DNA of 64,000 bases. It comes from Macrostomum lignano (Eukaryota). The stretch's first letter is position 1. Each line of letters opens with the position of its first letter. A program made the translations under genes and the position numbers. The stretch lies in NCBI GenBank assembly GCA_002269645.1, contig NIVC01000245.1, forward strand, positions 558,001-622,000, read 5' to 3'. A model generated the notes under the pieces. That model was not told where the DNA came from and ran no database searches. It saw only the letters and a list, made by a program, of their open reading frames with translations. This document shows, in pieces, positions 53,467 through 64,000 of this stretch.

Positions 53467-56400
53467 ATGGACAAAACTGGGCAGTATTTATTTAACAGCT
53501 ATCAGCGTAAGATGCTGATGTCGCTGTTCAATCAATTCGACGAAGCAAATGGCAACGGCGACCCGTCTGCTTTGCGTGCGAGCCCCATCGAGATTGACTA
53601 CGGCGACGATGACAACGCTGAAGATACTGAGCAGAGAGCGACTAACTCAGAAACTGCATCAGCTTCTTCTGCTATCACCGTTGGTTCGGGCAACGCGGAG
53701 AGAACGATGCAGGGAGGCAGCGGTGGAAGCAGCAACTGGAAAGTGCCATCTAGCACTGTTATCGGAGGGTAAGCGAAGTTAAACTGCTTGTAAAATATGC
53801 TTGTAAGACTGCCAGTTTTAAATATATTTATAACCAAATAAAAACCCACACCAACCTTCTCCCCTAGTCCTTGGAACAATGACAATAGGCACAGCTCTTG
53901 CCAAAACAAAATTTGAAGAATTTTACTTACTAGCTAACGCCTAAAGTTCAAGATTTCTTTATTTGAACTTTCAATTGCAGCTTAGCTGGATTGGTAAGCA
54001 TTCGCCTCTAAGCAAATTATTATAATATAATTATCTAACAGTTATCCAATGTGATTTTTTGTAGTTGGAGTGTGAACTTTTAACAGGAGAAAAATTCTGT
54101 GCGTATTCCAAAGTTCCTGGTCGGATTGGAGTTAATTTTTCTTGATCATCTATGCATAGACAGTTTTCCAAACATGCTCAACGGGCTCAGTTTTATACTT
54201 TCCGTATTGGCACACAGCGCCGCAGTCTCCAGTGGCAGTGCCTTCAGTTTCGCCAGCTGGCGTCCGGACATGTCAGGCCACTGTCAGCCTCCGCAACCCC
54301 AGCCGCCACCCCAGCTTATCGACGCGCTGAGCTGCAACAGTTCCGTGAAGCCCCAGTCTGCTGTGGACTCCGTGTCCACTATGCAGGCAACTGAGCTAAT
54401 CGAGGCAGCTGCTTGCAACTCTGGACGCCAGATCGACGTCACTCAGGACAGTTTCGACACCGCCGATTCGTCGAAAAAGCGCAAGCGTCGAAAGACTCGC
54501 GGTAAACGCAAAATTCGCCAGTCTCAACAACAGCAGCAGAAACAACAGCAGCCAGCGAAGCAAGCAGCTCTGAAGGCCGAACTGCTCTCGCCATATCTGA
54601 GTAGCGGCTTGTCTGCTGAGGATGAGGAGGAGAATCTGCGGTACCTGTTGAGAACGCCGCACAATCGCAGCTTCTGGATTAGGGTGAGAGGGGATGTTGG
54701 GAATGATCCTTTTAGGTTTTAAAAAGTCCGTTAAGAAGCGCTTGTTGAAGCTGTATGGGACCACTATGATTGGCTGCTAAATTATAATTTATTCCACCCT
54801 GAGCAGACGGGAACTTTAAGTGTTGTAAGAATGAACGAAGGCAGTGGTAGGACAGTCCATTGATCCCAGTAGCGCAACCAGAAATTCTTCGAGGGGGGGG
54901 GGCGGATTTTTGAGGGTAACGACCCAACGGAGTGGAGGAGTGACTGTGTATTTAGGCGAAAATTCGCTCGGTCCCCCTTTGATTTTTTCTGGTTTCGTCT
55001 CTGATTGATCCGTATTTCCTACTTGCTCGTTGGCCAAGTGCGTCAACATATTGGTAGGCATCCACTCCTAGGCTGTGTTGAGAACAACATTTACTGTCTT
55101 AATGCTTAAAAACGCATGTAACTTTTGAATATCAATTAAAATTGTAAAAACCGAGTCAAGAATCATTTGAAGATTCATTACTTACATGTACATGTAACCC
55201 AGTCCGATCAGCGACGCAAGAGTTACATCGATCAAGAATTACTGGCTTATCGTCGGGAAATTCCCATCAGAGTGAATCGAACCACTCAACTGCGGCTTCA
55301 ACGGCTGGAGGCGGCCAAGGACCAGCAGCGACTTCGGGCCATGCGACTGACTCGGCAGCTGAGCGAAGGCCGGCAGAAGCAGATGCGGCTGCAGCGTCAA
55401 AAGAAACTGCAGGCAGAGCAGCGGGATCGAGAGAAACGTCGACAGGCTGAGGCGGCGGCGCAGCAGGTGAGAATTTAAGATCAATTTACAAGTATGTTGC
55501 CTTTTCCCTTTTTATTCCGTCCTCCTACTTTGTTTCTAGGCTTAGCCTAGTTACGGAGGCACAGGGAAGAGGTTGCAGCCTAGCCGTTAGAGCGTTAGAG
55601 CCGTTAGACTCATGACTGAAACGTTTGGGGTTCTATTCTCGACCAACTCGGAACAATTTGTGTCCTTGAGCAAGACACTTAACTCTGCATTGCTTCAGTT
55701 CACCCAGCTGTAAAATGGGTACCAAAATTAATTTGTGTGTGTGGCGACCCTTCAGTCTTTGGACTGAACAGCAGTACGCAGCCTTCGATGTGCCGCGCAA
55801 TAGCTGCGGCTAAGCTGTCAGTTGCACATCTGCCTATTAGGTATTAGGTACGAGTAGTCTTGGTTTACCATTGCGTAACAGTTGATGAATTAGAAATCCT
55901 AGACATATTACTTCCCAGAAACAATGACTGAAATTTGCGAGATCTAGTGTGCATGAAAAACAATGCGTCAACTTTTCGCATACGTATAAATTTTAAGTTA
56001 AAAGTGTTTACATCTACGGTAATTTTTGTTTGCAAAAACGACGAGCAAACAAACGTTTTGTTACTTTAAATTCCTCAGGCGGAACGTGAGCGCAGCGATA
56101 TGCGTCGCCGGGCAGTTATGCAGCTGCAGCGACAGCAGCGCAATCGGAGCGCCCTCGGTGGGCCCAGCAGCAGCAGCCTGAGCCGCGGAACCACCGTCAC
56201 AAGCCCCAGTGGCAGTCGAACTCACGAAAACCACGCAGACGCTGAGACCACTCTGTCCCTTGCTACCGTTTCCGTTGCTGTGGACGCCAAGTCAATCGAG
56301 AAGAAGACGCAGCAGGTTTTTAAGAAGACGGGCGGTACCTCATCGCAGTGGCAAAGCTGGAGAAATCAGCAACTGAAATTGCGTCAGCGTTCGCAAGAGA

Positions 56401-59400
56401 CAAAATCGAGCAACGTCAGAGAGAACGAAGAAAGTAACGATCCCATCAATGATCGCGAGACGTTCAATGACTTTGGTTCCGGCGATGTAGCGCCGCCGTC
56501 TTTGCAGTCGCCGATGTCGCAGCAGAGTTCACAAACATTGCAACAACAAGAACAACAGCAACAGCAGCAACAGCCACAATGTCAGCACGTTCGTGCAGCA
56601 AGATCTTACGGGTGAGAGTCGATGCTAGCTTTGGATTGCTTTAGTTAATCAATTACCATGGGAAACCTGCACTAAGAACGCAGGAATTGATTCGATCTAA
56701 CAAACACTTACAGGTTGGAAATGCACCCAAGCAAGCAGCAGCACTACGCTGATGAGCCATATCGAGAAGAACCAAAGCGGGAGTCTCACCCTGACGAACC
56801 AATCAAGGAGATGGCACAGCGTCGGCAGGAAAGCGAGGACACTGAACGCACCGAAGAGGCGTTGCGTCGTCGAGCTTCCGGTGAGTAATCAAACCCAATC
56901 TTATAAATTCTGATTCCGTCCTTGTATTGTCTCGTAGTTGAATCGTATTTTATACGTGACGGATGTTATAGGTAAACTTTGACATGGTTACTCAGAATCG
57001 AATCTGTTTATAGTGTCATACAAGAGGCACACTGAGGGTCAATAAAGCTTAACATTGGAATCGAAGCGCAATGGTTCTATAGCAAGTTCGAGTCTTACTT
57101 ACTGTTATTCAGAGAAGGCAATATTACCAATTTTCCTGTGCAAACACCTTTTGTGTAGTTCTGGAGCGACTTCGTCAAGAATTTCTGCATGGGGTCGACG
57201 CTCGCCTGTTCGGCAACGGAGACGAAAGTGACGTCTCCAATTCTGCTGACGCCGCTGGCCCGTCCGCAGCGACTGCGGCTGGTGCTACCAGCATCACTGC
57301 CGACGAATTGTCCTCCTTGGGTGAACAACTTTTTGCCGAGTTTAGCGAGCTAAAAACAGACTTGGCCAGGCTGCTCGACGCCAAGAGACAGTGTAAGTCA
57401 GTGAGCTGCTGACTGACTGACTGACTGACTGACTGACTGACTGACTGACTGACTGACTGACTGACTGACTGACTGACTGACTGACTGACTGACTGACTGA
57501 CTGACTGACTGACTGACTGACTGACTGACTGACATAATAGACAGTTTTAAGGCTCATAAGTCCTGAACTCTAAAAAAAGCCCGGACTCCGATTCGCTGCA
57601 GATCTGGCAACAAACATTCAATCCGAGCAGCTAGCAGAGAACCAGCGCCAACTGAATGCTAAGGTGCAGCAGCTTGACAGCCTCATCAAGAGAGTGATGC
57701 AACACCTTGACAGCGGCGGAAGCAGCAACAGTGGGTTCTCCGATGCTGTTTGCTTGAGCGACAAAGACCAGCAGAAGGTAACTGCCTTTTATGTCAGCCT
57801 ATTCTATCATCAGCATCAAAGTACAATACTTAATGTAATTATGTCACCTGTACCGTTTGCATCAACTTAGTACGCCGAGATAATCAGCTTGGATACGTCT
57901 GCGAACGCAGCGGCGGCGGAAGAAATTCCGCCAACAAACTATACTCAGACAACTGCTCATGGTTGCCACCAGCAGCATGGGGTGGTGTCGCGTGAGTAAA
58001 GAATTGCGTTGATTGAACTATTAGATAATCCATTATTATTTACTAAAATTTTTCCTAAAATATTAATTGGGAAAGTTAACACAAACTTTTAGCCTGTCTA
58101 CAGCCTATCAATACTATATATCGCCAAGTAGATCCTTCTTGCAAGCACTGCGCTTCTCCTGTGTAAGTTCTGACTCATGCTAAGCTTTGTTTTGCTTTGT
58201 TCCTTTTATCGATAATACCTTTGATTCTGATTATATAATTGAAGCCCAACCCTACTCTGCCAATGTACACTGCAATCTGATTTTATCAGTTGGCACCCAC
58301 CCCTCTCCGACAATGTACACTGCAATCTGGTTTTATCAGTTGGCACCCACCCAACTCCGACATGTACACTGCAATCTGATTTTATCAGTTAGCACCCACC
58401 CCCCTTGACATGTACACTGCAATCTGATTTTATCAGTTAGCACCCACCCCTCTCCGACATGTACACTGCAATCTGATTGTATCAGTTGGCACCCAACCCA
58501 CTCCGACATGTACACTGCAATCTGATTTTATCAGTTGGCACCCACCCCACTCCGAAAATGTAAACCGCAATCTGATCTCTGATCTCTCCCACCGTGCAGT
58601 CACAACTGCACAATGTCCTCATCAATGGGGCCTACAACCAAGCAAGACGTCGCAATCGGATCAACACAGAACCGTGACAGAGATCCAGCCTACGAAACTG
58701 AGCACGCTAGGCGTCTAATTGCTCAGTTGAGACTCCAGTTAGATATAATGCGACGCGCATCTGAGGGCCTTTGGCTGCCGCCCAGACTCGACGATCAGGA
58801 TGAGGCCGAGCATCAGCCGCCGAAACAGCAGCGCCTGCCACCCCGGTTCAAAAGCCTGGGCGATCCAGTAGCCACCATCGAGCAGCGCAGAAGGCTCTCC
58901 CGTCAGCGCGCCGTCGAGCGGGATCCGTCACAGGCTCGACTTCTTCCGGTGCTACTGCGTCACCGGAAGTGGCGACCCGGGACGCCGAAGTTTCAAGCAT
59001 TTGCTGCGAACCGGTGCAACTGGTGCAGTGAGTTTTATTGGGAGTGAGTCAATTAACGGTGAGGGGTACATATAGAATCTACTACTGGTGAGGTGTAAGA
59101 ACCCACTATCAGGAGATGTAGAACCCATTACCCTTGAGGTGTACAACCCATTACCGGTGAGGGGTACAACCCATTACCGGTGAGGTGTACAACCCATTAC
59201 CGGTGTGGGGTAGAATCCATTACTGGTGAAGGGTAGAATCTAACTCGTATTACTGGTGAGGGGTAGAGTCCATTTTTGGTGAGGGATAGAGTCCATTACC
59301 GGTGAGGATTAGAACCCATTACTAAAGAGGCTTAGAATACAGCAGGTAAGGGTGAAAGCCAACTTGATCGATTGGTGGAATTAAAATTTCCTAAGTGCAT

Positions 59401-61915
59401 TAATATTGCATCTGCCCACCAGAACGCTACCGCGAGTCGGTGCTGCCGCTGTGGACGAACACAATCCGAGCGGAACTGTCGCTGCACGAACCAATTGGAG
59501 ACTCGCTAAAACTGCTTGGCAGTCGGCTTGGAAAACCGTTGTCACCCGATTGGGTTTTGAGCACGGCCGCTTTTCCTGACGACGGGTGCCCGGGTAAAAA
59601 TACTCTGAGAAAATCGTTGCTCTTGAGGGTCAGCGAACTTTGCGGACCAGATATTTTATAGGTAGAAATGGTAAAAATTTAACCCTCAACACACCGCAGG
59701 TCATTCTTCAATACTTGACCTGACTCAAACGCCTCATCAAGCCAAGCTGAAGCCATTTCAAACCATCTTCGTCAGCGAGAGCGACACAACTCACAAGTTG
59801 CAGAGTCGCTCCGTGGCCGGTGCAACGTCTGCTGCCGCATCTTTTCCCAAGATTCCAGCGCCGCTGACTTGTGGAACTTCCACCAGAGTGTCGGAGATTG
59901 GCACGATGCTTGCCAATGACCAGCAGCGGGAGTCGCCTCGTCAGCAGCAGGGGGAGTTGCATTGTCAGCAGCTGCGGGAGTCGCCTCGTCAGCAGCAGGG
60001 GGAGTTGCTTTGTCAACAGCTGCGGCAGTCCCCCCGTCAGCAGCAGCCCAGAACAGTTCTAACTCAAAAGCAGACTAAACCAACGATCCCAACCCCGCCA
60101 ACGGTGTCCTCGACTCCCACGGTGTCGGCCGGGGAGGAGGCCGGCACGCTGAACGTTATGCCACCTCGTCTGGTCAGAGTCTGTGAGCAGAGACAAGTGG
60201 CTGAAGCAGTGGAAACGGGAGCTAGAAAAGCTGACCCTCAGTCTGCACCGACGAAGGCCAACAGTTTAGAAGCTGTTATTCCAAAATCTGCTTCGTCAGC
60301 TTCGTGTCACAGCTGCCGTCAGTGCGTCTGCCAGCAGCAGCAGCAGCAGCCGAGGCACCAGCAGGTGACAGTACCAGCGCTTGTCAAAGGCGACATCTAC
60401 GGTGGAGGCTTGGAGTAAGTGCAGGTTCAGAGCATTTTAACTGGAATATGGCTTTGAGAAGTTTGAATTTAGATTAGACATGGTAATGTGAGTTTAGTTT
60501 GCAGCATTAGTTTGAGGTTTGAGCACACGTTAATAGCTTTAACTGACCCTTAAACTGACTAAAGCATTTGGTGTTCCCCTGGTGTTGGTGCCGGTGACGC
60601 TAATGCCCCTGGTTCTAAAGCCCCTGGTTCTAAAGCCCCTGGTTCTAAAGCCCCGGCACACATGAATCCCATTGCCCCACTGCAGACTGTCGCCCACCAC
60701 TGCGCCTATGTCTGGCGACATTCGAGACCAGCACACCTTCTTCACAGGTGATGGCGGCGACGGCGGACTGCACCCTAGCAGGAACCGAGGATCGTATGGA
60801 AATCCTCAGTCAAATTTTTCGCTACCGATGTCCAATCATGGACCAGTAGTAAGCGCGGATAATCCTAGCGAATATTCTCATCGCGGAAGTCGTGAGTACA
60901 GCCTTAATAGTTCTGATTGATCTAATGTATTGCCTTGGATCTTTCCTTCTATCTACTATGAGTAGTACGACTCTGAGTGGTTAAAAAATCAACATTTAAA
61001 CTGCAGTAAAAAGACAGTCTTTAAAAAAGCTGTGACGTTAAGGTTTTAATTAATTCAGTTTAAGCACCGGTAAAAATAAGAAACAGGAGACTGTTTCGAG
61101 GAAAATTATTTTGTAACGCACTCGCGTTTTAACAAAACTGCATGGCTGAACTAAGAAAAATATGAAAATATGCTGTGCTCCATTTCTTCAATAAGATGCT
61201 AGAACTTTAATTGTTAAAAATTTATAAAACACTCCCCATTTTTTAACATGCATGTCGTGAACATTCAAAATGCAATACATTTAGCACCTATTCGAAACAA
61301 GTTTTCAAACAGAATTTCTAATGAGTTGCTATTGCCTGTCTTCAATATTAACTATGTTGCATTGTTTTAAGGATATATTTAGATCATGAAGCGGTAACAC
61401 CTGCCATTTTTATCATATCCAAGCTCACTCGGCAACTCCCAAAGCGATTCAACAAAAATCTGACGGCGATGCGTCCCAGATGGCACCTCGAGTAGGACGG
61501 CTCTACCGACCAGGAATCTACTCGTGCCTGTCCTCATCAGATGCTCAAGCAACTGCCAACTCTTCTCCCGCACTGAGCATCCAGTCATCTGTGAGGCTGT
61601 CCCAACAGCCCCAGGTAAATCATGACGTAATGCTAACATCGTCTAACTAAGAAACAGACCGACTTTGTCGAGTAAGGATCTACAATGAAAGCTGTGTATC
61701 CACGATCCATGGCATGAATTTCATTTTAATTCAAGTCCCTGGCTTTCTGCTTTTTGTTTCAAATCTAGTGTCTAATTTTTATATAGTAATCAGTCGGAGA
61801 GAAGTGTTAGTTAAATGTTAGATGGACAACATTTCTAGAACATTACGTATGTTCGCAATCGATGCAGAATCTTTTTTTCTTAACTTTGCCTGTTGTCATG
61901 CAGTTTCCGAACTGA
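53467..61915 (+). CDS. Large low-complexity, coiled-coil orphan protein, ~1340 aa; exons 53467-53768, 54164-54683, 55203-55466, 56079-56611, 56714-56880, 57159-57392, 57602-57777, 57888-57991, 58600-59027, 59423-59593, 59700-60414, 60686-60891, 61424-61614, 61904-61915
   Basis: Fourteen GC-richer blocks with GT-AG boundaries chain into one open frame of 4023 nt. Q/S/R-rich, basic cluster KKRKRRKTRGKRK, heptad-like segments. The exon 8 acceptor and last two exons are least certain. Confidence 0.7.
55569..55845 (+). mobile_element. CORE-type SINE family C, copy 2 (intronic)
   Basis: tRNA-like head, B-box-like GGTTCTATTCT, then GTGTCCTTGAGCAAGACACTTAAC...CAGCTGTAAAATGGG (55660-55719), resembling the MIR/CORE domain. 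Confidence 0.82.
57410..57532. repeat. (GACT)n microsatellite, intronic
   Basis: About 30 perfect units. Confidence 0.97.
58240..58580. repeat. ~50 bp tandem repeat, 6-7 copies, intronic
   Basis: ATGTACACTGCAATCTGATTTTATCAGTTGGCACCCAC repeated (58261, 58311 and onward). Confidence 0.92.
59050..59340. repeat. Degenerate ACCCATTACCGGTGAGGGGT minisatellite, intronic
   Basis: About 10 imperfect 23-30 bp units. Confidence 0.85.
60604..60655. repeat. 15 bp tandem repeat CCCCTGGTTCTAAAG x3
   Basis: Direct inspection. Confidence 0.85.
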
Positions 61916-61989
61916 CTGCACCACTAGTCCTACACGCATAGTCAACTTTTTATTTGGTAAAATCTAGTCAAGATGTAACAACTTGAGAA

Positions 61990-62345
61990 GCTACTCTCAC
62001 CCTAGTTGGTGCTCATTGGCTGGCAGCTCCCATTTGACCTTGAGAGGCGAGATGCTAGGATTCTCCCTCCCCCCGATGCTCATTGGCTGGCAGTTCCCAT
62101 TTGACCTTGAGAGGCGAGATGCTAGGATTCTCCCCCCCCCCGATGCTGATTGGCTGGCAGTTCCCATTTGACCTTGAGAGGCGGGATGCTAGGATTCTCC
62201 CCCCCCCCCCGATGCTGATTGGCTGGCAGTTCCCATTTGACCTTGAGAGGCGAGATGCTAGGATTCTCCCCCCCCCGATGCTGATTGGCTGGCAGTTCCC
62301 ATTTGACCTTGAGAGGCGAGATGCTAGGATCTCCCTCCCCCTCGG
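61990..62345. repeat. ~60 bp tandem repeat, 5-6 copies, each with CT(G/C)ATTGGCT and a poly-C run
   Basis: GATGCTGATTGGCTGGCAGTTCCCATTTGACCTTGAGAGGCGAGATGCTAGGATTCTCCCCC repeated. Confidence 0.95.
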
Positions 62346-63074
62346 ATTTGACCTTGAGTATTCAATTCTGAAGCCATTGAACGTCAGAGATCACGCTATA
62401 AGCAAGTGATTCTAGTCAGCTAAATGCGCTTTTTCTTCTGGTTCTTAGCCAAGGTCAACAATAAAGCAAATAGCCAAAACACCGTCTAGGGAACACGCAA
62501 GTAATGCATATGGAGTCTTTTATATGCTTTTTAGAATATTTTCGAGCTCTCATGCACATATGCCGCATTTGGGAGGCTTCCACGCAAAAATTGAATTTTT
62601 TTTAAATTCAATCATAAAAACCGAATTTTCTGTATAACCAAACCTTTCTATTTACAAGCGTAACTGGATGACACATCCCACGCATCTACCACAATAGTGT
62701 TTTTAAACTGCTTAACCAAGCAAGGATTCAGTCATCGAACTTTTTGCGTTGTGAAATAAAGTAGTCTCTAAAAAATTGCTTTACATTGTATTCTATAGCC
62801 ATACCAACACATAGGATATTGCGAGCTTCTCGATTTAGACAATGAATTTGTTTCCGATTTTGAGTTGCTAACCTAGCCAAACCCCATCTTTCCGTTTTAA
62901 TAAGAGAAGCTCTGCATTGAATCAATCGAGTAAATGTGTTTTTGCTTTATCCTGAATTTTATCGGCTACTTGAACAAGTAGTGAATAGAGAGTTTTCATA
63001 ATGCCTTTATTTTCGATGTAAATGAAAAATATACGCCATTGGAATTCGCTCCATGGTTTATTATTCGAATATCA

Positions 63075-63965
63075 TATCTACGGGAAGGGTGAGATTCTAG
63101 ATTTAGGCTACGGGAAGGGTGAGATTTCTAGATTTAAGCTACGGGGAGGGGGGATTTCTAGATTTGAGCTACGGGGAGGGGGATTTCTAGATTTAGGCTA
63201 CGGGAAGGGTGAGATTTCTAGATTTGAGCTACGGACAGGGTGAGATTTCTAGATTTAAGCTACGGGGAGGGGGGATTTCTAGATTTGAGCTACAGGGAGG
63301 GGGGATTTCTAGATTTGAGCTACGGGGAGGGTGAGATTCTAGATTTGAGCTACGGGGAGGGGGGATTTCTAGATTTGAGCTACGGGGAGGGGGGATTTCT
63401 AGATTTGAGCTACGGGGAGGGGGGATTTCTAGATTTAAGCTACGGGGAGGGGGGATTTCTAGATTTGAGCTACAGGGAGGGGGGATTTCTAGATTTGAGC
63501 TACGGGGAGGGTGAGATTTCTAGATTTGAGCTACGGGGAGGGGGGATTTCTACATTTGAGCTACGGGGAGGGTGAGATTTCTAGATTTGAGCTACGGAAG
63601 GGGGGATTTCTAGATTTGAGCTACGGGGAGGGTGAGATTTCTAGATTTGAGCTACGGGAAGGGTGAGATTTCTAGATTTGAGCTACGGGGAGGGTGAGAT
63701 TTCTAGATTTGAGCTACGGGGAGGGTGAGATTTCTAGATTTGAGCTACGGGAAGGGTGAGATTTCTAGATTTGAGCTACGGGAAGGGTGAGATTTCTTTA
63801 TTTGAGCTACGGGAAGGGTGAGATTTCTAGATTTGAGCTACGGGTAGGGTGAGATTTCTAGATTTAAGCTACGGGAAGGGTGAGATTTCTAGATTTAAGC
63901 TACGGGAAGGGTGAGATTTCTAGATTTGAGCTACGGGGAGGGTGAGATTTCTAGATTTGAGCAAC
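63075..63965. repeat. 30-31 bp G-rich tandem repeat, ~29 copies
   Basis: GATTTCTAGATTTGAGCTACGGGGAGGG(TGA/GG) repeated to near the window end. Confidence 0.97.
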
Positions 63966-64000
63966 AGGAAATATCGAATATAGCAGATCAGGCCGATAGG

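Noticed and set aside
53510-53570. EF-hand-like LFNQFDEANGNGD in orphan exon 1
   Set aside because: Loop spacing is wrong and there is no position-12 Glu or partner hand.

Overview
Eukaryotic (animal) genomic DNA: GC-richer spliced exons with GT-AG introns in AT-rich, repeat-laden background. The style (Q/S-rich proteins, many GATA/GTCT/GACT microsatellites and minisatellites) would fit a free-living flatworm or similar invertebrate, but that is inference only. Hand-assembled, phase-consistent genes: 3' end of FOXRED2 (+), a six-finger C2H2 gene (-), a secreted/anchored CUB-like+LDLa protein (-), MGAT1/GnT-I (-) with a TATA/CCAAT/CRE/AP-1 promoter candidate upstream, an orphan class A GPCR (-), a complete 6-exon PLP-dependent Egt2/LCD/CefD-like C-S lyase (+), a cysteine-depleted DEG/ENaC channel (-), and a 14-exon ~1340 aa low-complexity orphan (+). 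Mobile DNA: a 5'-truncated but otherwise intact Loa-like LINE (APE fragment-RT-RNase H-CCHC) with 13 bp TSD, a mariner deletion derivative with ~184 bp TIRs, three tRNA-derived SINE families (one with a MIR-like CORE), several MITE-like inverted-repeat elements and an unclassified dispersed repeat. No prokaryotic features, rRNA, true tRNA genes or CRISPR arrays. Best leads: the animal Egt2-like lyase (candidate thiohistidine/ovothiol or H2S enzyme), the reduced-disulfide ENaC-family channel, and an intronic cluster of three related hairpins.
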